Assembly (NCBI GenBank): GCA_963422375.2
Contig: OY729428.2
Location: forward strand, 704,001-768,000
DNA length: 64,000 bases
Source: Bryobacterales bacterium
Lineage (GTDB): Bacteria; Acidobacteriota; Terriglobia; Bryobacterales; UBA6623
Direction of reading: 5' to 3'
Positions 34,059-44,004 of the stretch are shown one piece after another. The notes under the pieces were generated by a model. The model made no database searches and was not told where the DNA came from. It was given only the letters and a program-made list of their open reading frames with translations. A program made the position numbers and the translations under genes. Positions within the stretch are counted from its first letter, which is position 1; each line of letters opens with the position of its first letter.

Positions 34059-34437
34059 CGCCGCCGGGATCCAAGGACCTGGGCCGTCGCTAGGATTCCC
34101 GCGCGAGCGTCGCATCCGCAAGCGCAAAGACTTCAGGGCGGTCTATGATGGGGGCTCCCGGCTCGGGTCCAAGCTGTTCATCGTGTTCGCCCGCCGGACC
34201 GACGGAGGCCAGCCCGGTCGGGTGGGCCTGACCGTTACCCGCAAGGTAGGCAATGCCGTGACTCGCAATCGTTGCAAGCGTCTGCTGCGGGAAGCCGTGC
34301 GCAAGCACTGGAGCTTATTGCCCGACGGCGTGGACGTCGTGCTGCACGCCCGGCCCGGGCTCGCAGGCGCGCGCGCCAAGGACGTGGAGTGCGGAATTGT
34401 CCGAACGCTGCCCAGAGCCGTCCGGCGTCTCTTGTGA
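34000..34437 (+). CDS. rnpA: Ribonuclease P protein component
   Basis: [13 protein letters not shown]...[25 protein letters not shown]; true start uncertain. Confidence 0.92.
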   Translation: MCSQPVAPRGGSGSPSATSSAAGIQGPGPSLGFPRERRIRKRKDFRAVYDGGSRLGSKLFIVFARRTDGGQPGRVGLTVTRKVGNAVTRNRCKRLLREAVRKHWSLLPDGVDVVLHARPGLAGARAKDVECGIVRTLPRAVRRLL

Positions 34438-34711
34438 AAGCGGCGCGCCGAGCGACGCGGCCGCGCCCCTGTCCGTTTCGCAGCGCGTCGCGCTGGTCCT
34501 GCTGAGCGCGTACAAGACGGCGCTCTCGCCGCTGCTGATGTCCTGCTGCAAGTTCCATCCGACGTGCTCCGCCTACGCACGGGAGGCGATCGAGCGCCAC
34601 GGCACGGCCCACGGCTCGTTGCTGGCGCTGCGGCGCGTGCTGCGCTGCCGGCCGTTCGCGCCGGGCGGCATCGACCCCGTACCCGAGAATCCCGGCCCAG
34701 CCGATGCCTGA
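34397..34711 (+). CDS. yidD: Membrane protein insertion efficiency factor
   Basis: YKTALSP...CKFHPTCSAYA.EAIERHG...RVLRCRPF..GGIDPVP; start uncertain. Confidence 0.93.
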   Translation: MSERCPEPSGVSCESGAPSDAAAPLSVSQRVALVLLSAYKTALSPLLMSCCKFHPTCSAYAREAIERHGTAHGSLLALRRVLRCRPFAPGGIDPVPENPGPADA

Positions 34712-36455
34712 TCCCCTCAACGACGACCACTTCATCCAGCGGCGCATGCTCCTAGCGGCGGTGCTTTCCGCCGTAGTCATGGGCGCGTACATCTTCCTCG
34801 CGCCGCGTCCGGAACCCCCGCCCCGCCCCGCCCCGCCAGTCGAGAGCGGGACGGTGCCGGCCGGGGAGGCTTCCCGCGCCGACGGCACGGGAACCGCGCC
34901 GGGCGCCGCAGCGGCGGAACTCGTGACCGAGAGCGTCGCCGCAGTCCGCGCGGTCGAGGCCAGTGCCGAGAGGGTCGTGACGATCGAGACCGATACGTTT
35001 CTCGTCGAGTTCACCAACCGCGGCGCGGCCGTGAGGAGCTGGAAGCTCAAGGCCTTCGAGGACGCCGGAGGCGAGCCCCTCGACTTGGTTCATCAGGAGG
35101 GGGCGGAGCGCTACGGCCGCCCGTTCCGCCTCGTCCGCCCCGGAGGCGAGGAGATCGAGGGGACCGATGACGCGCTGTTTTCCGTGAACTCGGGGCCGGC
35201 GATCCGGCGCGGCTCGGAACGACTGGTCTTCACCTACGCCAAGGACGGCCTCTCCGTCCGCAAGACGTTCGGCTTCGCTGCCGACGGCAACGTGGTGGAG
35301 GTGGAGACGACCGTAGCCGAAGGCGGCCGCCCGCAGCGCCACCTGGTCGCCTGGGGCGGGGGCTTCGGGGACACCGCGCAAGCGGGGAACGCGGCCTCCA
35401 GCCAGACCTTCTTCCTCGATGCGGGCCAAGTCGAGCGCATCGCCGCCTCCGACGCCGAGGACGAGCGCATCGCTCGCGCGGGGCCGTATCCCTTCGTGGG
35501 GATCGAGGACCTATTCTTCGCCGCCGCGGCGATTCCCGAGCCGGGAGAAGTGATCCGCATCGAGACCAGCGCGGTGCAGATCGTGCCGGCCAGCGCGGAT
35601 CCCGGAGAGAGCGCGACTTACGCGGCGGCCGCGTTCGGCGGCGAGCCCCTGAACGCCTTCCGCTTCTACGCCGGCCCCAAGAGCCGCGACGCTCTCTCGT
35701 CGGTCGAGGGCCTGGGAAACTCGTTCCGCCGCATCGTCGATTTCGGCTTCTTCTCGTTCATTGCCGAGCCCCTGTTCGCCATGCTGCGGTGGGTCTACGG
35801 GAACGTGGTCGCCAACTGGGGCTGGAGCATCGTCATCGTCACGGTGCTCATCAACACGATCCTCTTCCCTCTCAAGTACAAGAGCACCAAGTCGATGCGC
35901 AAGATGCAGCAGATCCAGCCCCTCGTAAAGCAGATCAGCAGCAAGTACAAGGGCGTGTCGCTCAGGGATCCCCGCAAGGCCAAGCAGAACGAGGAGCTCC
36001 AGGCGCTCTACAAGAAGTACAAGGTCAATCCGATGGGCGGGTGCCTGCCGATCGTTCTGCAGATGCCCTTCTTCTTCGCCTTCTACAAGCTGCTGACGGT
36101 CGCGATCGAGATGCGCCGAGCGGAGTGGCTGTGGGTCAGCGACCTGTCCAATCCCGAGACGCTCGCCATCCGCGTCCTGCCGATCGCCATGGTAGCGACG
36201 CAGTTCTGGTCCCAGAAACTCACGCCGACGCCGTCCGCAGATCCCATGCAGGCGCGCCTGATGAAATTCATGCCGCTGATGTTCGGGTTCATCTTCTACC
36301 AGTTCCAAGCGGGCTTGGTACTATACTGGCTGACTAGCAACTGCGTTGGCATCGGCCAGCAGCTACTGCTGAACCGTCTGCCCCAGGAGACGCTGGTGCT
36401 GGATTCCGGTCAGCATCGCGGCAAGCGAAGGAGTCGCGGGAAGCAGGGACGTTGA
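34704..36455 (+). CDS. yidC: Membrane protein insertase YidC
   Basis: NWGWSIV, SMRKMQQIQP, VNPMGGCLP..LQMPFFFAFY, WVSDLS, GLVLYW. Confidence 0.96.
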   Translation: MPDPLNDDHFIQRRMLLAAVLSAVVMGAYIFLAPRPEPPPRPAPPVESGTVPAGEASRADGTGTAPGAAAAELVTESVAAVRAVEASAERVVTIETDTFLVEFTNRGAAVRSWKLKAFEDAGGEPLDLVHQEGAERYGRPFRLVRPGGEEIEGTDDALFSVNSGPAIRRGSERLVFTYAKDGLSVRKTFGFAADGNVVEVETTVAEGGRPQRHLVAWGGGFGDTAQAGNAASSQTFFLDAGQVERIAASDAEDERIARAGPYPFVGIEDLFFAAAAIPEPGEVIRIETSAVQIVPASADPGESATYAAAAFGGEPLNAFRFYAGPKSRDALSSVEGLGNSFRRIVDFGFFSFIAEPLFAMLRWVYGNVVANWGWSIVIVTVLINTILFPLKYKSTKSMRKMQQIQPLVKQISSKYKGVSLRDPRKAKQNEELQALYKKYKVNPMGGCLPIVLQMPFFFAFYKLLTVAIEMRRAEWLWVSDLSNPETLAIRVLPIAMVATQFWSQKLTPTPSADPMQARLMKFMPLMFGFIFYQFQAGLVLYWLTSNCVGIGQQLLLNRLPQETLVLDSGQHRGKRRSRGKQGR

Positions 36456-36483
36456 GCGAAGGCGCAGCCTAACCGGATCGGCA

Positions 36484-36981
36484 ATGGAAGACCTCGTGTG
36501 GACGGTAGAGGGGCTGAGGCCGAAGGTCGAGGCCTTTCTCAATCCGGTGCTTGACGCCGCCGGACTCGACTTGGACTACGAAGTCTACGCAGTCGAGCGC
36601 GTGGACGAGGCCATCGGGCCGGAGATCGGCGTAGACTTCACGGGGGAGGACGCCGAGCTGCTGTCCCGCCGCCGTAGCGAGCTGCTGCTCGCGCTCGAGC
36701 AGCTGACTCTGGAGGCGCTGCGCGTGCCGCGCCAGGACCGCTACCGGCTGATGTTCGACGTCAACGACCACCGGATGCTGCGCATCGACGAGCTTTGCCT
36801 GAGCGCGAAGGCAGCTGCCGGGCAGGTCAAGCAGACGGGCAGGCGCTTCGAGTTCCGGCCGATGACGTCGCGAGAGCGGCGCATCATCCACCTTGCCCTG
36901 CGGGACGAGACGGAGGTCAGGACAGTCTCCGAAGGCACGCCGCCGCAGCGCTACACGGTGGTCGAGCCGCTCAAGCCCTAG
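36484..36981 (+). CDS. jag: Jag/EloR-like RNA-binding protein (KH + R3H, no Jag_N)
   Basis: PMTSRERRIIHLAL...TVSEG...R R3H motif; lies between yidC and mnmE. Confidence 0.82.
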   Translation: MEDLVWTVEGLRPKVEAFLNPVLDAAGLDLDYEVYAVERVDEAIGPEIGVDFTGEDAELLSRRRSELLLALEQLTLEALRVPRQDRYRLMFDVNDHRMLRIDELCLSAKAAAGQVKQTGRRFEFRPMTSRERRIIHLALRDETEVRTVSEGTPPQRYTVVEPLKP

Positions 36982-37029
36982 CGCGCCCCGGCGCGGGGAG
37001 CTGCGGGAGGACGCAGGGAAGCAGAAGCG

Positions 37030-38400
37030 GTGCCGCCGATCCTTCCGATTCCGGCAGGTGCGACCGCCGACACGATCGTGGCCCCGTCCACGCCCGCGGG
37101 ACGGTCCGCCATCGGAATAGTGCGCCTGTCCGGGCCTCGAGCGGGAGAGATCGCGTGCTCGCTCGTGCCGGGCAGGGACCTGCCGCCACGGACCGCGACG
37201 TTGGGCGCGCTGGTCGACGGCAACGGCGGGCTGGTCGACCGAGTGGTAGTCACGCTGTTTCCCGCGCCGGCGAGCTACACCGGCGAGAACGTCGCCGAGA
37301 TTTCGTGCCACGGCTCGCCGCCGGTGCTGCGGTTTGCCGCCGAGCGGTCCCTGGAACTGGGAGCGCGGCTCGCAGAACCGGGCGAGTTCACGCGCCGCGC
37401 GTTCCGAAACGGGCGCATCGACCTCGTGCAGGCGGAGGCGGTCCGCGACTTGATCGACGCGACGACGCTCTACCAAGCGCAAGTCGCGGCCCGACAATCG
37501 GCCGGGGCGCTGTCCAGCAGGCTGCGAGACGCCAAGCGGCGCCTTCTCGAGCTGGTCGCCTTGCTGGAGGCCGGCATCGATTTCGCCGAGGACGACACCG
37601 AGATCGCGGGCGACGACGAGATTCTCGGCAGGCTGGAGCCGGTTCGCGACGTCGTCGGGGCCCTCGCTTCCGGGTTCGCGGTCGGCAAAGTGGTGCGGGG
37701 CGGCCTGAGGCTCGCCATCGTGGGCCGACCGAACGTCGGCAAGTCGAGCCTATTCAACCGGCTGGTGGGCTCGGACCGGGCCATCGTGAACGCCGCCGCC
37801 GGCACCACCCGGGACCTGATCAGCGAGACTGCGTCGTTCGACGGAATCCCGGTCGAGATCGTCGACACCGCGGGAATCCGGGCGGCCGGCGACGCGATCG
37901 AGTCCGAGGGCGTCGATAGGGCCTGGCAGTCCTTGCAGGACGCCGACTGCGCACTCGTCGTGGTGGATCTCTCGGAGGAGCCGGAGGCCTCGGACGACGC
38001 CCTCTGGCGGCGTGTCCGGCGGGTCTGCCCGGCCCTGCTGGTAGGCAACAAGCGCGACCTGCCCGCCCGATGGGACGGCACCGCGCCTCTCGCACGCGTG
38101 TCTGCGAAGACGGGCGAGGGCATCGACGGCCTGCGGGCCAGCATCCGCGAGCAGGCCGTTCCCGGTCTCGACGCGCTGCGCGAAGGGACCTTCGTGACGA
38201 ATATCCGCCAAGAACGCCTCCTGCGCGAGGCGCTGGCCGCTCTCGCCTGCGCGGCCGAGGGCGCGAGGGCGGGCGTGCCCCACGAAATGCTCCTGCTCGA
38301 TCTGTACGAGGCCCTCGGCCCGCTCGACGCGATCACGGGCACCACGACGGTGGACGACATCCTGGAACGGATCTTCTCGTCATTCTGCATCGGCAAGTGA
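37030..38400 (+). CDS. mnmE: tRNA modification GTPase MnmE
   Basis: DTIVAPST, SYTGENVAEISCHG, GRPNVGKSS, GTTRD, DTAGIR, NKRD, FCIGK end. Confidence 0.97.
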   Translation: MPPILPIPAGATADTIVAPSTPAGRSAIGIVRLSGPRAGEIACSLVPGRDLPPRTATLGALVDGNGGLVDRVVVTLFPAPASYTGENVAEISCHGSPPVLRFAAERSLELGARLAEPGEFTRRAFRNGRIDLVQAEAVRDLIDATTLYQAQVAARQSAGALSSRLRDAKRRLLELVALLEAGIDFAEDDTEIAGDDEILGRLEPVRDVVGALASGFAVGKVVRGGLRLAIVGRPNVGKSSLFNRLVGSDRAIVNAAAGTTRDLISETASFDGIPVEIVDTAGIRAAGDAIESEGVDRAWQSLQDADCALVVVDLSEEPEASDDALWRRVRRVCPALLVGNKRDLPARWDGTAPLARVSAKTGEGIDGLRASIREQAVPGLDALREGTFVTNIRQERLLREALAALACAAEGARAGVPHEMLLLDLYEALGPLDAITGTTTVDDILERIFSSFCIGK

Positions 38401-38615
38401 CGGGCCGGGCGGGGGCGCTGTCAAACGGGCAGACGGACCTTCTATAGTGAGGCGAGGCCTTGGACCCGCGCGCATATTCGCGAGAGCGCCGCCGTGCGCA
38501 GATCTCTGAGCCGGAGCGACCGTGCCTCACTCCCACGCCGCACACGGGCCACCGGGTGGGTCCGAGCGCAACCATGCTGCGGAACGCATCTGGATCGCTC
38601 ACGTGCTCAACGAAT

Positions 38616-40099
38616 GGGAATTATATATCTGAGTGCCGACAACGCCATGTCGGCCTAGAACTGCTGTGAGCAGAGAGGTCGGTGTCGAGCTCGGGTCATT
38701 CGAGTGCGGCCGCGGCGGGCACAGAGGGGTGGGATCGTATCTGAATCGAGCCTGCCAGCGGATTTGACGAGGAACGGACTAGAGAGGCCGCCTCGCCTGC
38801 CCCGGTGGAACCCGATTGGCGGTGGCAGGGCACCCCTTGCAAGCCGATTGCAGGCCCTGCGAGGGGCGAAGACAGCGGATCGCCGGCGCTCGACGGCCGG
38901 CATGGACGGTCCCGGCCGGACTGGGGTCGCACCGGGGCATTCCGGATCCGGTGCGACCCTCGTACCGAGCGTGAAGCGCGCGCCCGCAGCGGGCTGCCGC
39001 GCTCAGCGCGGCGGGCGCCGCTCAGGCCGCGACCGCGGCCTTGCCGGTCAGCTGCGCCGGTCAGCTGCCGGTAGGTCAGCGTCCGGCCGACCAAGCCCCG
39101 CGCTATGCGCCGCATCTGTTCCGCCGTTGTTCCGCCGTGTCGCAGTCGCGGTCGTTGCGCCGTCCCGCGAACTCCGTGAGGTAGCGGCCGAGATGACGGA
39201 CGCTCATCCGGTGATAGGTTCCGTACAGGCCGCGCTTGAACAGGGACCCAAACGATTCGATGCCGTTCGCATGCGCTGCCCCGCGCACGTACTCGCCGCC
39301 GGAGCGCCGGAGTGCCTGACAGCTTCGTGCGGGAACTCCGCCATGCCGGCGTAGGCCGCCGCCTCGTCGGAGCGGACCTGCGCCCCCGGCGCGACGCGGG
39401 CGCGCGCGAAGCCCTGACAGGTCGCCCTTGGCGGTGCCCGGCAGCGGCCGCGCGGCCCCTGCGTTCGCGGCGCGGGCCTTCTTCCTCTCGTGCTTGTTGC
39501 GCTCCTTGCCGCCGACGTAGGTCTCGTCCACCTCCACCGGGCCGGCGAACAGGCCCCGATCCCGCTCCCGGCGCGCGCGGATGCGGTGCGCCAGGTGCCG
39601 GGCCGACTTCCGGCTGATGCCCGGGTCGCGGTGCAGCTTCATGCTCGAGACGCCCTTGATGCCGGTGGTCAGCAGGAACAGGGCGACGGCCCGGGTGCGG
39701 TAGCCGAGCTTGGTGTCGGCCATCACGCTGCCGGTGCGCACCGAAAAGCGCTTGCCGCAGCCGCGGCAACGGTACGGCATCGAAGGGTGGGCCGCGCCGG
39801 ACTGCACGCTGGAGCCGCGGCAGCGGGGGCACGCGGGGCCGTCCGGCCAGCGCATGGCAGCGAACCATCTTTCCGCGGATTCGTCATCGGGGAACATGGC
39901 GATCACTTCGATCAATGTGATGCCTTTACGGAACCACTTTCCGGGACCTTGTTTCTTCATTTACGGTATCACCTACTGGAACTATTCTACCAAGAAACAC
40001 TACAGAATTTCAACGGAAAATCGGAAGAAATATGAAATCTTATTATGGCTTGATAATTTTCCTGCTTGATTCCTTCGGCACTCAGAATATATAATTCCC
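38616..40099 (-). mobile_element. IS1595 family element (degraded transposase at about 39050-39960)
   Basis: TIRs GGGAATTATATATCTGAGTGCCGA (38616-38639) and near-perfect inverse (40075-40099); Zn ribbon CPRC..CRGC, VEVDETYVGG, NGIESF..LFKRG, LTYRQL; frameshifted. Confidence 0.87.
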
Positions 40100-40840
40100 T
40101 TTCCTTGGAAGATTCAATATAGACGCGATTGAGACTTCCGTTGGTCCCATGATACCTTGCAGTGTGAATTGGCGTCCTTTCCATGCTTCATACCATCGAA
40201 GATCCTCTCCAAGGTGTTTCGAAAGAGACTTCTCGAGAACACACGTGACCTCCTGTTTAGACAGACGTTCAATGACCCGCAGAGCCCGTTGATCGCCCCA
40301 CCTAGTGACTCCACATACCAGTCCTTCAATCGATCCAAACTCAGTATGAGTATCGACTTCGTCAGGGCCCAGTCTTCCGTGACGACCCCGAATCGTCGCT
40401 ATCGCTGTTCTCGTGCCGGGAAGACACAACGAAACGACGCGACCGCTCCTGATCGAAATGTCAGTGCGAGCAATGCCGTTCCGGCTCCGTTCGCACATTC
40501 GTTTCAGTGGAATTGAAGCATTCCGACTAAGTCCCTCCGGATAGCTGCCTTGAAGCAAGGACGAAATGTAGCTCTCCGTTTGAAGGACCGTCTGGTCAGC
40601 TAGCTCGGTAATGCATTCGCCCTGTCGCCTCGGGAAGGCGACGGTCCTCACTGTCAGCGGTGGCGAGTTCGTACCAGCGCTTGCTAATCTCCACTCGATC
40701 CTCCAGTGCCCTTGTCTATGATCTTCCACTGACTTGAGCAGTTCGACCAAATCCAGAACTTGGCCCATCGTATCCTCGACAGCGAGGAATTCGGCTTCGG
40801 CCTCGGATGGATGAAGAGTGATCGCAACGGAGATCGCCAT
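40100..40840 (-). pseudogene. Low-GC hypothetical protein whose 3' end runs into the IS1595 TIR
   Basis: ORF from ATG 40840 (MAISVAITLHPS...TNSPPLT...EFGSIEG) ends inside the IS terminal repeat. Confidence 0.55.
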
Positions 40841-41753
40841 GTTCCCCTTGTCACAGCTCCGCGGCGGTCGTACGCGATGCTCGACCGACTGTCGGCTGCT
40901 TGCCCCTACTATACGCACTATACGCGACCTCGCGAAGCCGATCAGCCTTGATTGTCAGCGCATCCCTCGGCAACTTGCTTCATAGCGGATCAACGTGCGA
41001 TCCGCCGGTCTTGGCGAGGGGGGCTCACACCCGCCAAGCCCGACGGAAGGCGATCGTTGGAACTGCGATCCAGTCCCGGCGCAACCTCAGGGCCGCCCAG
41101 CCTCTGCAGTCGCCACCCAGGTTCTGTGCGGGGCAGTTCCGTAGGGAATAGCGTAGTCCTAAGTCCCTGCTGGCGCGGATCCGCACTCCACAGTGCAGAG
41201 GAATGGCATCGAGCGGGGGGACGCTTCCCATCGGACGACGAACGCTCAAGGCCCAGACGCTGGATTGGTAGCGTGAGCGAGCGGTTCGATCTGTCGCTGG
41301 TACGACCGCGCGCGAGCCTAGCAGAGTGCGGGTAGCAGCCGTCGTGCCGACGGAACTGTCGCGAGGCGCGCCGGGCGGCCCCGGAATCCAAGCCTTGCTG
41401 GTGTACCGGCACTCCCGGCAGGGGGTGAGACGTCAGATCTCGAGCCCGCCATCTCGGAAGATTCTCGGCCTTGACATGAGCGAGGGGCGTTGGCGAACCC
41501 TTCCCACCGGGTGCAGGGGTGCCTCGGGGAGCCACGGCCCGCCGTTTCAGCTAAACGGACGCCGCTTTCGGCCAACCGAGGGCCTGTGAGCTCAATCCGG
41601 GCACCGAAACACGCCCGAAGGGCGGATTCGGCCAAGCTGACCGGCGCCGTGCAGGGCGCGCCGTACTGGCGGACCCGCTCGAACATCCGCCGAGCCCATG
41701 GGGTCCGCTCCAGAAGAGACGTGTAGCCGACCCTGACGGCTCGGAGATCGGGT

Positions 41754-41785
41754 TTGACACCGCACCTCCCCGGCGCACCTATAAT
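41754..41785 (+). promoter_or_regulatory. Sigma70-like promoter for purS (probably leaderless)
   Basis: TTGACA 41754-41759 and TATAAT 41780-41785 (20-nt spacer, longer than ideal); TTG start 5 nt later. Confidence 0.5.
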
Positions 41786-41790
41786 GTGGC

Positions 41791-42114
41791 TTGCAAGCAA
41801 TCATCCGGGTCGCGCTCAAGAAAACCGTGCTCGACGTTCAAGGCCGAGCGATCACGAAGGCGCTGCAGGGCCACGGCCACGAAGAGGTCCTAGGCGTCCG
41901 GCAGGGCAAGTTCTTCGAGATCGAACTCGCCGACGGCATGCGCCCCGAGACCGCGCGGGCCAGCCTCGAGCGGCTGGCCGCGGACGTGCTGTCGAACCCG
42001 GTGATCGAGGACTACGAGGTCGCGCTGCTGGACGTGGCCGAGGGAAAGGGTCGCGAGCAATGGCGGGAATCGTGGGATACGTCGGAGCCAGGCAAGCGGA
42101 CTCGATCCTCCTAG
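41791..42114 (+). CDS. purS: Phosphoribosylformylglycinamidine synthase subunit PurS
   Basis: VALKKTVLDVQGRAI..AL...VRQGKFFEIEL...LSNPVIEDY. Confidence 0.92.
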   Translation: MQAIIRVALKKTVLDVQGRAITKALQGHGHEEVLGVRQGKFFEIELADGMRPETARASLERLAADVLSNPVIEDYEVALLDVAEGKGREQWRESWDTSEPGKRTRSS

Positions 42115-43904
42115 AAAGCCTGCGCAAGCTCGAATACAGAGGCTACGACTCAACGGACCTGGCGATCGGATCGCGCGAAGCGGTTCACGCTTGGCATGCG
42201 GAAGGCACCCTGCGCATACTCGAGGCCGCCGTACGCTTGGATCCGGTGCGGGGCACCTGGGGCGTCGGCCAGACAGCCTGGCGGGGAGGCGGGGCCGGAC
42301 AAGCAGGCGCGGCGGGGCGTCGGACGCCGGGCGAGCACGGGATCCTCGTCGCACTAGCCGGCAGGCCGAGCAACATCCCGGAGCTGCGCGAGCGCATGCC
42401 CGTTGCATCCGGATCGACGAATGCTGAGGTCCTAGCTGACCTGATCGCGCGCCATCTCGGGACGCACGGGGCGCTGGAAGAAGCCGTCAGCGGCGCGAGC
42501 TTCGAGATTCGCGGGCGGTGTGCGATCGCCGCGATCGCCCGAAGCGAGCCCGGCAAGGTCGTGGCCGCCCAAGTCGGGCTCCCCGTGGTGGTCGGCCTCG
42601 GCAAGAACGAGAACCTCCTCACGTCCCACATCTCCGCGATCCTGCACCGCACCCGCGACATGATCCATCTGGAGGACGGGGACGTGGCGGTCCTCACGGA
42701 ACGCGACGTGATGGTGCTGGACTCGGACGCCAGGCCCGTCTACCGCCCCGTCCAGCACGTCCTGTGGGATCCGCTGATGGCCGAGAAGAGCGGCTACAAG
42801 CACCTCATGCTCAAGGAGATCTTCGAGCAGCCGGGCGCCCTCCGATCCACGATGCTCGGTCGCCTCGACGAGGAGACGGGCCGCGTCGTCCTCGACGAGC
42901 TCGGCGTGACCGGCCGGGAGCTCCGCGAGATCCAGCACATGAACGTGATCGGCTCCGGCAGCTCGTGGCACGCCGCGCTGGCCAGCAAGGCGATGATCGA
43001 GCAGCTGGCTCGCGTGCATGTCGAGGTCGAGTACGGCAGCGAGCTAAGGTACAGCGATCCGGTCGTCGACGAGTACGTGCTCTCCCTGCTCATCAGCCGG
43101 TCCGGGGAGACGGCCGACACGCTCGCGTCCCAGTCCCTGCTGCATGAGAAGGGCTCGAAGACCATCGCGGTGTGCAACACGGTCGGCTCGACCTTGGCGA
43201 ACATGGCTCGAGGTGCGATCTACACCAAGGCCGGACCGGAAATGGCAGCGGCCTCGACCAAGTCGTTCACTTCGCAGCTGACTGCGCTGTACCTGCTGGC
43301 CATGTTCCTCGGGCAAGTCCGCGGGCGGCTCTCGACCGAGGAGTCCCGACGCTGCGCCAAGGACCTCCAGGTCCTGCCTGACCTTGTGGAGTCCGCTCTG
43401 GAGCTGTCGCAGCGCTGCGAGCGCATCGCCCGAATGTTCGCCCAAGCGCGCCGGGTCGTCTGCCTCGGCCGGGGCCCCCATTACGCCATCGCTCTCGAAG
43501 GGGCGCGCATGTTCATGGAGCTGTGCCACATCCAAGCCGAGGGCTGCGCCGCCGGCGAGATGCGACACGGCCCCACGGCGCTGATCGACTCGAACGTGGT
43601 CGTGATCGTGCTGGCGACTGTCGACGAATCCAACGAGTCCAGCCGGTTGCGCTACGCCAAGACATTGAGCCAAGTGAAGCAGGTCGCGGCGCGCCAAGGC
43701 CGGGTCATCTGCATCGCCAACCAAGGCGACGAGAACTTCCGGCCGCACGCGAGCGAAGTGATATGGGTTCCGCAGACGCGGGAGCTGCTCCAGCCTGTCC
43801 TCACCCTGATCCCGCTGCAGCTGATGGCCTATCACGTCGCCGTCTCTCTAGGGCGGGACGTGGACCAGCCACGCAACATCGGCCGGAGCGTTACGGCGGA
43901 CTAG
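42060..43904 (+). CDS. GlmS-like protein (GATase + 2 SIS domains) lacking catalytic residues
   Basis: MAGIVGYVG..LRKLEYRGYDS; HLMLKEIFEQP; SRSGETADT; ASTKSFTSQL; GEMRHGP; DQPRNIGRSVTAD. Homologous to glmS throughout; 614 aa, open frame. Confidence 0.88.
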   Translation: MAGIVGYVGARQADSILLESLRKLEYRGYDSTDLAIGSREAVHAWHAEGTLRILEAAVRLDPVRGTWGVGQTAWRGGGAGQAGAAGRRTPGEHGILVALAGRPSNIPELRERMPVASGSTNAEVLADLIARHLGTHGALEEAVSGASFEIRGRCAIAAIARSEPGKVVAAQVGLPVVVGLGKNENLLTSHISAILHRTRDMIHLEDGDVAVLTERDVMVLDSDARPVYRPVQHVLWDPLMAEKSGYKHLMLKEIFEQPGALRSTMLGRLDEETGRVVLDELGVTGRELREIQHMNVIGSGSSWHAALASKAMIEQLARVHVEVEYGSELRYSDPVVDEYVLSLLISRSGETADTLASQSLLHEKGSKTIAVCNTVGSTLANMARGAIYTKAGPEMAAASTKSFTSQLTALYLLAMFLGQVRGRLSTEESRRCAKDLQVLPDLVESALELSQRCERIARMFAQARRVVCLGRGPHYAIALEGARMFMELCHIQAEGCAAGEMRHGPTALIDSNVVVIVLATVDESNESSRLRYAKTLSQVKQVAARQGRVICIANQGDENFRPHASEVIWVPQTRELLQPVLTLIPLQLMAYHVAVSLGRDVDQPRNIGRSVTAD

Positions 43905-44004
43905 GCGCGACCCGAGCGCCCGCCCCAAAGCAGGTCACGGCCGGATCAGGCCGAATAGGGCCCGGTCGCGACGAGGCACTCGTCGCAACAGCCCGCGCCG
44001 CCGC

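Noticed and set aside
40900..41750. glmS ribozyme or other structured RNA upstream of purS and the GlmS-like gene
   Set aside because: No recognisable consensus by eye, and a promoter sits right before purS; an Rfam scan is needed.
41754..42059. N-terminal extension of the GlmS-like ORF shown in the ORF track
   Set aside because: It overlaps purS in another frame; GlmS homology starts at ATG 42060.
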